From Candidatus Bathyarchaeota archaeon (GTDB lineage Archaea; Thermoproteota; Bathyarchaeia; Bathyarchaeales; Bathycorpusculaceae): 64,000 bases of DNA. The notes under the pieces are model-generated. The model was not told the origin of the DNA. It saw nothing but the letters and a program-made list of their open reading frames with translations, and searched no databases. This document shows positions 32,085 to 42,997 of this stretch, piece after piece. Location: positions 2,336,001-2,400,000 of the forward strand of contig OY970340.1 in the NCBI GenBank assembly GCA_963717465.1. Direction: 5' to 3'. The stretch's first letter is position 1. Each line of letters starts with the position of its first letter. Both the position numbers and the translations under genes were made by a program.

Positions 32085-32894
32085 TTGAACATGCCGATAG
32101 CTAAACTTGATGGTATTAACATTAATTATAGAGTGGATGGGCAAGGCGAGCCCTTGGTGATGATAATGGGGTTTGGCTCTTCAATGGGTGCGAGTATGAA
32201 TCAAGTATCTTTCTTCAAGAAGCATTATCGTATAATTACATTTGATAATCGGGGCGTTGGCAAGTCTGATAAGCCGCAGGGTCCCTATTCAATGAAAATG
32301 ATGAGTGAAGATACGGTTAAGCTGATGGATTATTTAGGGATTGAAAAAACTCATGTTTTAGGTGCCTCAATGGGTGGCATGATTGCTCAAGAATTGGCTA
32401 TAAACTACCCGCAAAGAATAAAGAAACTGGTGCTCGCGTGCACAAGCGCAAATCTGAAGGATAATGGAAAACCAGAGGAACTTAAAAAACACATGCAGGA
32501 AAATAACAATAGCCAAATGATAGATCCAACCATGATGATTGGTCTATCATTTAACAAGCCACTTTACAAGTATACCGCCCTCTTCTTTGGCAAGATTAGC
32601 ATGATGTTTTCAGGGTCTAAAAACGATGCAGGTTTTGCTGGACAAGGTGAAGCTTGCAGCAATCACAATACATTGGATAGGTTACAATTTATCACGGCTC
32701 CAACTCTTGTCATTGTGGGAACTAAAGATAGACTAATCCTGCCTGTTTCGTCCGAGGTAATAGCTTCTAAAATACCCAACGCTAAGCTAGTGAAAATTGA
32801 GGGCGGCTCTCACTGCTTCTTCATGGAGATGAAAAACAAGTTCAACAGTGAAGTCTTAAACTTTCTAAAAAATGACATGCCAAGCTCATTGTGA
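32085..32894 (+). CDS. Alpha/beta hydrolase
   Basis: FDNRGVGKS, GASMGG nucleophile elbow, GTKD, GGSH. Confidence 0.92.
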   Translation: MNMPIAKLDGININYRVDGQGEPLVMIMGFGSSMGASMNQVSFFKKHYRIITFDNRGVGKSDKPQGPYSMKMMSEDTVKLMDYLGIEKTHVLGASMGGMIAQELAINYPQRIKKLVLACTSANLKDNGKPEELKKHMQENNNSQMIDPTMMIGLSFNKPLYKYTALFFGKISMMFSGSKNDAGFAGQGEACSNHNTLDRLQFITAPTLVIVGTKDRLILPVSSEVIASKIPNAKLVKIEGGSHCFFMEMKNKFNSEVLNFLKNDMPSSL

Positions 32895-33072
32895 CACAGT
32901 GGCATCTGAAACGTAAGTTTTCTGTTTTAGCAAAATAGCGCATGTTTGAAATCAAATTAATGCGGCATTAACTGAGGACTACTTGAACCATATCTAAATG
33001 GCATTTTTTTATTTTCGTATGATAATCGCGGCACGCAAATTTTAAAACCATTCTGAAGATATCTTACCCCCT

Positions 33073-34176
33073 ATGTGCTGTGCAATTAAACGCAATGTCG
33101 CTTCGGATTCACTCTTAAGAAACAAGAAGATTTTTTGGATTTTAATAATTATCATTTCGATTATTTCTTTCAGCCTCAGATACGCCAACATTAATGCTCC
33201 TCAATATGTAGATGAAACTACATACATCATCCTAGCCCAATCTCTCTCCACAGGACACCTTGCCACTCAGTCCAGCTTTACGAATGTGTATAACTCTACA
33301 GGATTGGCAACAATTAGTTTGAATAACGGCCTCATAATCGTTGAGCCATGGTTTGATCATCCACCATTTTTCTCCATCTTAGATATTCCATTTCTAATTT
33401 TTGGCGCTCCAAGGCTTCTGCCAATTATCCTAGGCGCTTTGTCGACATTTTTAATAATGTACTTATTGAGAAATAACGCAGTTGAATCTATTTTAGCTGG
33501 TTTTATATTTGCAGTTTTTCCCTTTGCAATTCAACTTAATTCGATGATGTTTATCGACAACGGTTCAACATTTTTCTTTTTGCTAACTATCGCTTTAACA
33601 TCAATGTATGAAAAAAGGAAAATGGAAAGAATTCTTATTCTTGCAGGAATCTCTGCCGGTATCTCGTTCTTGAACAAAGAATTAGGCGTCTTCGCCATTC
33701 TGTACTTTCTATTTTACCTCATAGCTACGCGCAGTTTCAAGAAAAATTATAAATGGCTAATTCTAGCAATCGGAGTAGCATCCTCTTGGTTCATAATGGG
33801 GCTATCAATAAACAGCCAACTATTTTTAACAATCTTTACAACTCAATTTGGAAGAACCAGTTTGAGCTACAACCTTCAACACATATTCTACACAGCATTA
33901 AGCAACTTTAGTTACGATTACAATAATTTTTACATTGGCAGTACAAGCTTACTTCTCGTTCTATCATGGATTGCCGTTGTCGGTTTTGTCTTCATTAAAG
34001 GACATAAATTGATAAAAATTGGACTTTTAAGCTTCGTGATCACCATGGCAATTATAAGATATGCTTGGTTCTATACATGGATCGCAATGTACCCATTCTT
34101 CGCTATAGCAATTGCCTCTTGCATCTGCGAAATACTTAACTATACAAAACACGTTTGGCGACACTTTAACGAATAG
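33073..34176 (+). CDS. GT-C/PMT-like membrane glycosyltransferase
   Basis: YVDETTY, DHPP, multi-TM, FLNKE. Confidence 0.8.
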   Translation: MCCAIKRNVASDSLLRNKKIFWILIIIISIISFSLRYANINAPQYVDETTYIILAQSLSTGHLATQSSFTNVYNSTGLATISLNNGLIIVEPWFDHPPFFSILDIPFLIFGAPRLLPIILGALSTFLIMYLLRNNAVESILAGFIFAVFPFAIQLNSMMFIDNGSTFFFLLTIALTSMYEKRKMERILILAGISAGISFLNKELGVFAILYFLFYLIATRSFKKNYKWLILAIGVASSWFIMGLSINSQLFLTIFTTQFGRTSLSYNLQHIFYTALSNFSYDYNNFYIGSTSLLLVLSWIAVVGFVFIKGHKLIKIGLLSFVITMAIIRYAWFYTWIAMYPFFAIAIASCICEILNYTKHVWRHFNE

Positions 34177-34317
34177 TCTGATTAACCCACTATGCTAAGT
34201 CTAGCAAAAACACGTGATAATATTAACAAGCAATAAGATAATGGTTGGAAGATGACTTTTTCAAGTCACCCACAAAATATAATTTCTTAATGCTTCAAAA
34301 CGATTCCTGAAGCATTT

Positions 34318-34464
34318 TTATGTTTGACTTGCAGCTTTCTCCTTTTCGATTCTCTCTTTTTCGATTTTTTCGTAACAAGTTCCACATACAAAACGCTCGC
34401 GATTTTTAATTATAATACGTTGAAGCATAACATCTTCTGCTTTACATATTGGGCATCTCCCCAT
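34318..34464 (-). CDS. 48-aa zinc-ribbon microprotein
   Basis: MGRCPICKAEDV...FVCGTCYEKIEKE; ATG after AGGTGA. Confidence 0.75.
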   Translation of the reverse strand: MGRCPICKAEDVMLQRIIIKNRERFVCGTCYEKIEKERIEKEKAASQT

Positions 34465-34910
34465 ACCAAATCACCTACGAATATTTCCTTGCCTTTTGAT
34501 ATAAGACTTTTTGAATAAAAAATCATAATCTTCTTGGAAAAGTTGATATTAGGTAAACGCTACTTCAGCAAAAATATATTGAACTACAATCAAATAAAAC
34601 AGTGGGGAGAAGAAATGGTAAATCTATCGCTCACGAACAGATTACTGATGCCATAATGAATTATTTCTGGCAAATCGACATGAAGAATACCTATGGAATT
34701 TTGGCTTGTTTTTATAATGATTCTGCGCTTGATTTTCTTGATAATGCTGTTGAAGGATTGACTGCAATCAGAGAATTCTACAAAACTACTTGCTGCGACA
34801 TTGATGTGTACTAGAAGATGTTGATTTTGATACAGCCTTATAATAAAAAAAGGGTAAAAGAAATTAATTGTAGTTCAGCTACTTACCTGCTGCTTGTCGT
34901 TTGTTGTGTT

Positions 34911-35255
34911 TTAGAATTGCCACGAACTTGGGGCTTCAATGTTTAATTTATCGGTAACAAATTTTTTAGCGCCAGGAATGTGCAATTCTAAAGGTGCAGT
35001 AGTTGTTATTGTCGTCTCAGTAACGCCGTTGATTGTACGTATGTTTTCTTTAGTAAAACGAGTTGCCGCATCGTCGTCATCGGCTTCAAGCCATAGAGAG
35101 TAATTCCACGGTCCCCCAGTTTTGAATCCACATTTGATTTGAGCATCCTTAGCAACAGGCTTTTCAAAACACTTATTTAATGAGTTGCAGAACAAATCTG
35201 GTTTATCTTCGGACATTTTAACCATGACAATGTATAATTTCTTGGTTTTTTGCAT
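34911..35255 (-). CDS. Stand-alone Lrp/AsnC ligand-binding (RAM)-like domain protein
   Basis: TGGPWNYSLWLEA...IRTINGVTETT pattern; AGGTGA SD. Confidence 0.65.
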   Translation of the reverse strand: MQKTKKLYIVMVKMSEDKPDLFCNSLNKCFEKPVAKDAQIKCGFKTGGPWNYSLWLEADDDDAATRFTKENIRTINGVTETTITTTAPLELHIPGAKKFVTDKLNIEAPSSWQF

Positions 35256-35517
35256 TTTTTCTCACCTTTAAAATTAGCTTGTGGCAATACCACATAAACA
35301 TTTGTTGTTGTCATTATACAACAACAGAGGGCTAAATAGTAGAAGAACCTGGTTGGTGTATGTAATATTAAAAATTGTTGATCTTTCTTTGAACAGAGCG
35401 TGTTTCTATAAGATAAGACATGGTTTACTCTCGTTATTATTAATATAACCGGCAAAATTACCCATTGATCTAAAATCCACGCGTGCATTCAAGCAAGTAA
35501 TTCGGGAATTTCAACAA

Positions 35518-35757
35518 TTATGGTTTTGGGACATAAATGATAAATCCATTTTCTTCTTTTATGCTTAGATTATAAGCTTGCATAATTTGCTGCATTTTTT
35601 CCCAGGATAATTCATCAAACGTTCCCTTAATGCACAGTTTATACCCGATAGTTCTATCTCCATCAACCGACTTGCTTAATGCAAAAGAATCAATCCATTT
35701 TCCAGTAAAACTAGTCAAAATTTCTTGCATAACAATAACAGCTTCATTCCTCTCCAA
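35518..35757 (-). CDS. Small protein, member 3 of the paralog family
   Basis: MERNEAVIVMQEIL...GYKLCIK...YNLSI...IIYVP; GGAGGAG SD. Confidence 0.75.
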   Translation of the reverse strand: MERNEAVIVMQEILTSFTGKWIDSFALSKSVDGDRTIGYKLCIKGTFDELSWEKMQQIMQAYNLSIKEENGFIIYVPKP

Positions 35758-35878
35758 AAGAAAACTCCTCCAAGTTATCGGTCGCTTAATAAGTATAATA
35801 TAAGAATTTTATTCTTCATATATATACGATTTTGTGACTGTCTGATGACAACTACAGATTAAAAAAAAGAGCCCTGCT

Positions 35879-38398
35879 TTACGGCACAACTTTATGGCGG
35901 GGGATGTGGACGATGAATTTTGTGCCTTTGCCTGTTTCGCTTTCAAAAGACACTGTTCCGCCTAAGGCTTCAGTCATGCGTTTGACTACTGCTAAACCGA
36001 ACCCTTGACCTCTTGATTTAGTTGTAAACAGTGGAGTGAACAATTTGCTCTTTGCTTCTTCAGGAATTCCACTGCCAGAGTCAGTTACCGTAATTGCAAC
36101 GTTCTCTTTATCCATGCTAACGTTTATAGTGATTTTTCCACCGTTTGGCATGGCTTGAACCGAATTTGAAATCAAGTTGCTGATTATCCTTCTAAACAAA
36201 TCAGGATCTATCACAATCTTGCTTGCTTCTTTCTGAACTTTCGTTTCAACTTTAATCGTAGAAGGAAAATCATGCTTAGAAAGTATCAAATTAATTAGCT
36301 CTTCAATTTGAGTTTCTTTTAGGATAGGTCTGATAGGTTTCGCGTAATCTTGAAGGTCCTGCACAATTTTGTTAACGTAGTCAATGGAGTGCTCAATTGC
36401 TTTTACGCTTTCCAGTATGCTTTCTTTTTGTTTGCAATCTTGTAGATCAACTAGTTCTGTCTCCACCAAGTACAAGTCACCTATTATCGACTGCAGTGGA
36501 TTGCGAATGTCATGCCCAACCATACCTGCCGTGGCACCGATAGCCGCTAATCGTTCAGCGTCTTTAAGTTGTTCAAGTCTTTGCATCGCAAGAGACTCCA
36601 TCTGACTAGCGTACTCTTCAAGCTGCACTGCATTTTCTTCAAGCTTCTTCTGGGTTTCCTCTAACTGTGAGGTACGTTGTTTTAATGTCTCTTCAGCTTT
36701 CTTACGTTCAGTAATATCCATTGAGTAAATTCGAATACAGCGGCTATTAGGAACAAGGAAGAATTGCTGGCTATACCATTGGTTACCGATTTTAACTTCT
36801 CGGCTAAACGTACTTGATGCTTTGCTCTCAAAAGCTTTTACGACATCTTGCCAGTTAGACAAGAGAGGATGCGCTATGCCTAAGCTGCCAAAATTATCGA
36901 AGGTTTTAGCTGCCGGATTAGCATAGGTAATATTGCCCTCAAAGTCCATTTCAAAAATTGGATTAGGATTGAGCATTGGAAATGAAGCTAGTCTGGCAAT
37001 TTCATCTTCAGCTTTCTTGCGCTCTGTAATATCCGTAAGAATTGATAAAAAGTGTTCTTCTCCTTTGAAAGTAATTGTTACCGTTGAAATCAACAGACGC
37101 CTATATTCTTCTCCCCTAGTCTTGTACGTCCATTCATTGGTTGCGATTTTGTGTTGACTTGCCTTACCAATTATCTCCGCTCTGACTTTTGGGTCTGTCA
37201 CTATTCCCAGCTCAGCGGCCGTGTGCCCAATAATCTCATGTTTTTTGAACCCAAATAGTTGCAAGTAAGCTTCGTTTGCGTCCACAAATATAGTATCGTT
37301 AACTCTTTGGATTAGCATAGGATGAGGATTTGAGTTAAATGCCTTGGAAAAGCGTTCTTCACTCTCTTTAAGTTCTTCTTCAGCTTTCTTGCGGTTTGTG
37401 ATATCATTAACAACATAGCTGAATGTTGGGTTACCGTCCTTTTGAGTCCCCAGATAGGTGACTGTTGCTGAAAGCCAAGAATCTTTGCCGAGTTGGCTGT
37501 CAATGTACTCAAAAGTAACCGGTTCCCGGCTGTTTTGGCTTTCTTTGTAATGCTTGAGCCAAACTTTAACTCTTTCAAGGGGCTCTCCAAGTTCTGAACC
37601 TAGTTTATCTTTTAAGTCCTCAGGCTCTAAACCGATATAGCTAGCTGTAGCCTTGTTATCCTTTAGATGTCTAATATCTGCATCGTTGATAACTTCGACA
37701 ATGCCCTGCATAACTCCTTGACTGTCAAAAAAGCTGCTCAGCAAAGCTTCACTATGACTGAGGTTTTTTTCAACCTCTCTACGACGTACGATATCTTCCA
37801 TTAAAACCCATTTTTGACCCTGCTTAACTAGCGTTCCGGCATGATTGCGGATGACATCAATTACATCTGTGCCAGAGCAGTTAGGCAGATAATAGGTACA
37901 AAGAGCAAGCATCTTGTGCTTGCCAATAACCGTGTTTATAGCTTTTTCGTAATCAACAAAATTTTTCCAGAGATTGCGCTCTACCCAGAAAGTGTTACCG
38001 GTAAGCCGTAAACCTTCAAAACCAATTTTCAAAGCATTCTCCTCTTTCTTAACCCAACCATTTAGCACTCTGTCAGAGTCAAATTTTCCATCTTGCAAGT
38101 ACCAATTGTCATAGGAGATTACTTCGAACTGGTCTTTTTGCAAGTATACATCTAAATTCGGTATAGCTTTGGCAAGTGCTTGTTTGGCTTCTTCAACCTC
38201 AAAAGGTGGAGAAGTAACCCACATACAGAACTCATTGCTATGAAGGCCTTCCGAAAAGTAAGGAACCAAAATGTCGAGTAAGTCTTGTTTAGATTCGTAA
38301 AACTGACACAGGTGCGTTCCCCACGGTATATCTCCGACAAGATAATTACCAAATTTGCGAGGTTTATTAGTAGTATTTGATGATGACTTCTTTGGCAT
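35879..38398 (-). CDS. MEDS-PAS-PAS-PAS sensor histidine kinase
   Basis: WGTHLCQFY MEDS domain, repeated DITERK PAC ends, GHDIRNPL, HATPase boxes. Confidence 0.93.
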   Translation of the reverse strand: MPKKSSSNTTNKPRKFGNYLVGDIPWGTHLCQFYESKQDLLDILVPYFSEGLHSNEFCMWVTSPPFEVEEAKQALAKAIPNLDVYLQKDQFEVISYDNWYLQDGKFDSDRVLNGWVKKEENALKIGFEGLRLTGNTFWVERNLWKNFVDYEKAINTVIGKHKMLALCTYYLPNCSGTDVIDVIRNHAGTLVKQGQKWVLMEDIVRRREVEKNLSHSEALLSSFFDSQGVMQGIVEVINDADIRHLKDNKATASYIGLEPEDLKDKLGSELGEPLERVKVWLKHYKESQNSREPVTFEYIDSQLGKDSWLSATVTYLGTQKDGNPTFSYVVNDITNRKKAEEELKESEERFSKAFNSNPHPMLIQRVNDTIFVDANEAYLQLFGFKKHEIIGHTAAELGIVTDPKVRAEIIGKASQHKIATNEWTYKTRGEEYRRLLISTVTITFKGEEHFLSILTDITERKKAEDEIARLASFPMLNPNPIFEMDFEGNITYANPAAKTFDNFGSLGIAHPLLSNWQDVVKAFESKASSTFSREVKIGNQWYSQQFFLVPNSRCIRIYSMDITERKKAEETLKQRTSQLEETQKKLEENAVQLEEYASQMESLAMQRLEQLKDAERLAAIGATAGMVGHDIRNPLQSIIGDLYLVETELVDLQDCKQKESILESVKAIEHSIDYVNKIVQDLQDYAKPIRPILKETQIEELINLILSKHDFPSTIKVETKVQKEASKIVIDPDLFRRIISNLISNSVQAMPNGGKITINVSMDKENVAITVTDSGSGIPEEAKSKLFTPLFTTKSRGQGFGLAVVKRMTEALGGTVSFESETGKGTKFIVHIPRHKVVP

Positions 38399-38992
38399 GA
38401 CAAAAGAAAGTGCTCAATCCTGATAAAAACCTTACAGTTTTCAGACATTTTTCTATTTATGCAATAATTTCAGTTCGATGAGCCGCGAGAATTTCATTTT
38501 CAAATGACGTTTTCAAAACACCAAACAAAACAGACAGAAGACAAAGCAAGCACTGTCACAAAACTTATAATTTGAACACTATCTTAACGTTGCCATTAGA
38601 ACCTATTGACTGCTAATCTAGACAGCGTCACTGTGGACACAAACAATTAGAGTCAGTTACCCACGGCCGTTAAGTCTCTAAATTTCTTAGTAAGGCGCTC
38701 AGTTTCTATCAAAGCAATAACCTTGATGCCGCATCGATTAAATGTTTAGCTAATAGAAGCAAACTTTCATAAATAATGTTCTATTTCAACCGCTAACACG
38801 AAATTTGTAAAAGACTCACCCAGAACAAAAGGGTAGCGCTGTTATAAGCGCTGACTAACAAAAAGAGTGAAGGAGAGGTTTGGGTTTAAGATTAAATCTT
38901 TAATCCAGAAATTCCCGTCGCAAGATCAATTTTGGTTTGTTACGTAAAAACAATTAAATTTAGCACAATATAGTATTTACTAAGAAATTTCA

Positions 38993-39364
38993 CTGGGGAC
39001 GATAACTACGCCTGACTTAGGAGAAGCATTTAGTCTCGAAAAAAATGAATCAATCCAGTATACGATTGATGCCAGATTTGAACCGAAAAAGGACAACGAA
39101 GCAAAATCAGGCAACCTCATTTTGACAAGCCAAAATATCATATTCTTAGATAAGCAGAAAAACGTGTTATTTAGAGCCCCTCTGGAAAACATAGTTAAAA
39201 TTTCTAGAGGTCTAACGCATGATAAATCAATATCGATTTGGCTGAGAGATACTACCTAGCGTTCAATTTTTTCCGATTAATATTGATTTTGCATCTTTTA
39301 AAGAGTTATGTGCAATCTTTCCTAAGGTAATTTCAGCAAGAAAAAAGTGCGCTAATAATGGTTA
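38993..39364 (+). pseudogene. Possible PH/GRAM-like domain gene remnant
   Basis: Long open frame ...GNLILTSQNIIFLD...PLENIVKI with no canonical start; frameshift near 39258. Confidence 0.4.
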
Positions 39365-39580
39365 GCTCAAATTGAAGAGCGAAATTTTGCTTTAGAGTAT
39401 TTATATCAATCAACCTTCACTGGAACTAATTTAATATTCTTTTTAACTTTGTAAGACGCTTTTCTGCTTCTTTTCTTACAAAAGAAAAATTCTCCAAAGG
39501 CACTCTTGCATTCTTCTAGGCAATTAATTATAAATTCAATTGTTTGCTTTCTTGCTAATTCCTTCAGGAGAGATACCGCA

Positions 39581-40342
39581 ATGTCCAAAGGAAAATCAAT
39601 CAATGATAATGCAATTCCTATTGAGGCTCAGATTATGGTTAAGAATGCAATAGATTATGAAAAGGCGGGCAAATTTGAGAGCGCTTTGAGCGCACTGGAT
39701 GAGGCTGTTTTGATTCAACCAAACTTTGTTGATGCATGGCTAATGAAGGGCGTAACCTATGGCAAGTTAGGTCAATGCAATGAATCTATAAAATGCTATG
39801 ATAAAGTGATCGAATTAGACCCTGAACATTCAAATGCATTTAGACTTAAAGGGGCGATGTTAATGATGCAAAACTCGTTTGCAAAGGCAACTGATTGCTT
39901 CACAAAAGCCATCGAGTTAGAACCAAGCAACATGGAGCTTCGACATAGCCTGGCAACTTCTTTTCAAAAACAAAAAAAGTTTGAAGATGCATTCAAATGC
40001 TATCAGGACATACTAAAACATGAGCCTAAAAATCCTCAGATTCATTATTTAATCGGAATCACGCTGGGAAACATGGTTGACTATGAAAAAGCTCTCTCAT
40101 ATTTTGAAGAAGCACTTAAGCTAAAGCCTGATTATAACGATGCACACCTCGGCAAGGGGCTTATTTTGGCAAAACTCGGAAGAACTGAAGAAGCAAAACA
40201 ATGCGCTAATAAAGCATTGGGGATAAAAAAAGAATCGGGAAGTACTCATACCGATTCTATTCGTTCGCTAAATGATTCTTGCAGACTAGATTTTGAAGCA
40301 GCTCAAAAAAGATATAAACAAGCATTCTCTCCTCAGCATTAG
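39581..40342 (+). CDS. TPR repeat protein
   Basis: Repeated A..G...(Y/F)..A..L.P units. Confidence 0.9.
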   Translation: MSKGKSINDNAIPIEAQIMVKNAIDYEKAGKFESALSALDEAVLIQPNFVDAWLMKGVTYGKLGQCNESIKCYDKVIELDPEHSNAFRLKGAMLMMQNSFAKATDCFTKAIELEPSNMELRHSLATSFQKQKKFEDAFKCYQDILKHEPKNPQIHYLIGITLGNMVDYEKALSYFEEALKLKPDYNDAHLGKGLILAKLGRTEEAKQCANKALGIKKESGSTHTDSIRSLNDSCRLDFEAAQKRYKQAFSPQH

Positions 40343-40585
40343 GCAATTATGTCTCCCTCAAAACTAGTAAACTATTGAATTAAATTGAATTAAAATGACA
40401 ATTCATCAGTGGTTTAATTCTGTACAGTTTACAGTAAGCCATTAGTAAATTGGAATAATTCAAGACTAATGAATTAATAAAAATAGGACATATTTTTCTT
40501 TCTCGATCAGTTACTTATACCATTTGTTAAAAAATTCTCTAAAAAAACTTTAAAAAAATAAAAAAGGATGTTTGGATTATTCTTC

Positions 40586-42883
40586 TTATGGTCCGATCGG
40601 GCCGATGTTGGCTGAGTATACTTTTGCGAGTGCCGCTTTGAAACACCAAGCTCCAACTTCAGGGCTAAGCTGCTCCGCATCGTTCGGTATTGTAACGTCA
40701 ATGTTCCAGTCAGTCCATCCATGCAAGAATGGCTCCTCACCAGGCAACTCGGGACGCCACCAACCATGCTCAGGCGAAACAATCTTCGGATTAACGCCGA
40801 AATCGTACCGTACTTGTTGCATGCATCTTCCAACAGGAGTCTCAATGTAAACCCACTCGCCATCACCAATACCCATATTACGCGCCGTTAGTGGATGCAA
40901 CTTTACACGTGGAAAAGGCCGCAAATGACGCATCAAACTAATATGCCGCAATTCACCGTGATGAGCTTCCTGGAATCTTGCTCCACTGCACAAAATCAAC
41001 GGAAAGTCCTTAGCGATGTCAGGCGCACTGATCGGTGTCCAAGCACACTCCTGATAATACGGCAATGGATCATAATCGATCTGCTCCAGAATAGTTGAGT
41101 AGAAAGCAACTTTACCCTCAGGAGTACCAAAGCCTCTGACCTGTCCAGTCTCAGGATCAAGCTCCTCATACTTCTTGAACCTAGGTTCATACGGCGGAAC
41201 ACCCTTCCACTCCTCAATCACCTGTTTGCGCGTCCAACCAGCAGGCTCATAGAAAATGTCCTGAAACTCTTCTAGGGTTTTCCATCGCCAAACTTGATCA
41301 ATTTTTTCTTTGCCAAGCGTTCCAACTGCGAGGTCACGGTATATTAAGGCGTCATCTTTTAGATCCCACAAGCCAGGTATTTTCTCAGGCACTGCGCGAT
41401 CGCCAGCGATCTCAAACTCGATTTGACCTTGTCCTGAAACTGTCGCGTAGCCGGAATTTCTCTCAAATTGACTTGTTCCAGGTAATACGTAATCTGCGAT
41501 CATTGCTTCAGGCGTCATTTGAGCACATTCAATGTATACGAATAGTTCAAGCTTCTTCAAACCCTCATAAGCCTTCTTGATGTTTGGATAATTCCTCAAT
41601 GGACCGACTTCGCCAGAAATCATAGCTTTGATTGGATAGGGCTTCTCAGACACCATCGTGTCTATGAACGTTGGCCAGTTTGGACCTCTTGATCCAGAAG
41701 AGTGAGCACCACCCGTCCAGTATCCTTTAGAATCAGCTGCCTGATTAATCAACGGAGCAATCGTAAAGTTCAACGCTCTGTATTTATCGATTCCTACCTG
41801 CTTCATCATTTGTTCAACGTCAGCCTGTTGAACTATGTCATGGATTGCCATTGTTGCATTCATGAATTTCGGTTTTGCGTGTAGGTATTCGCCGCCTTCA
41901 ATATCGATGTTGCCGGTTAACGCGGGCATCATGTATTTTGCGCGAACGTTGCTTAAAGAGTTCCTGCCTGATGATTCAATCGCGTAGGCAAACGGGAAAG
42001 TGCATGGACTGTTCTTCGCTATGAACCTTGCTGCTTCCCTGATCTTCTCAGCTGGAATCCAAGTTATCTCTGCAGCCTTCTCAGGCGTATACTGCTTAGC
42101 CCGTTCCTTGAGCTTGTCAAATCCAAAAGTCCATTTCTCCACAAAATCATGATCATACAGGTCCTCTTCAATGAGCACGTTTATCATTGCCATAAACAAT
42201 GCAGCATCAGTCCCAGGTCTAATCGCCAACCATTTTTCAGAAAGCCTCGCAGTCTCGCTGAATCGCGGATCAATACAGAGCATTTTCGTGCCAGCCTCCA
42301 ATCCCGCAACGAAAGCAGGCCAAGAATAAGTCCAAGACTCACTCGGGTTCGTGCCTGCAACAAAGATACCTTTCGTCTTGCCAGGGATAATCATTGCATA
42401 CGTAATTCCCACGCCATAACCCAATCCTAGGGCTTGGTTCGTGGGTCCAGCTCATGTCTGAGCCGCAATCGAACCAAAATTCGGACTGCCAATCAAAACA
42501 AAATAACTAGCAAGCCCTAAACCTATGTTTGCGGCTCGACCTGTACCCCAGAAACCACAAGTAGTTTCAGCACCATACTTTGCAATGATTTCCTTCATCT
42601 TTTCGGATATTTCGCTTATTGCTTGTGCCCAGGATATTATTTGCCATTTGCCTTCGCCACGTTTGCCAATGCGCTTCATTGGGTACATTGGCCTGTCCTT
42701 GTGGTAAATGTATTCTAAGCTGTACTTCCACTTTTGACAGTACGGCCCGGGGTTAAACGGGCTTTCCCAGTCAGGCTCAACCTTAGTGATTTTTCCGTCT
42801 TCAACTGTCTCGAGCAATTGGCAGGATCCAGTACTGCAGAAACCGCATATGCATCTATGCATCTCTTTTTTAACTTCACTCAT
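40586..42883 (-). CDS. Molybdopterin (bis-MGD) oxidoreductase, acetylene-hydratase-like clade; predicted selenoprotein (Sec144, 765 aa)
   Basis: The two track ORFs are in the same frame, separated only by TGA 42452-42454. N-terminal CGFCSTGSC...C [4Fe-4S] motif, GSPNF...QT-U-AGP, IDPR, RPGTDAAL, C-terminal FPLIL...HPLTA...EHGWW. Confidence 0.85.
42408..42445 (-). promoter_or_regulatory. Candidate bacterial-type SECIS hairpin inside the CDS
   Basis: CCCACG-AA-CCA-AG-C-CCUA-GGAU-UGGG-UU-A-UGG-CGUGGG starts 7 nt after UGA; the apical loop begins GG at +25. Confidence 0.65.
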
Positions 42884-42978
42884 TATTTAATCTCCTAACT
42901 CATTTATCTCCTAATTCTTGTTTGCTTCTTCAGCACCGAATTGGATGTAACAGAAAATTAATAAAACTTGCGGTTTTA

Positions 42979-42997
42979 TTGTCGAAAATTTCAACAA
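42979..42997. promoter_or_regulatory. Imperfect palindrome upstream of the Mo-enzyme TATA box
   Basis: TTGTcGAAA-A-TTTCaACAA just upstream of minus-strand TTTATTAA (~42958-42965); adjacent Lrp gene. Confidence 0.4.

Noticed and set aside
40350..40585. 3'-UTR archaeal or eukaryotic SECIS for the Mo enzyme
   Set aside because: AT-rich with immediate poly-U tracts; no convincing stem with a GAA/A or AUGA/GA core.
42452..42454. Genome-wide UGA reassignment (Trp/Gly)
   Set aside because: Many genes here end normally in TGA (for example 2230, 22295, 50311) and Trp is encoded by TGG.
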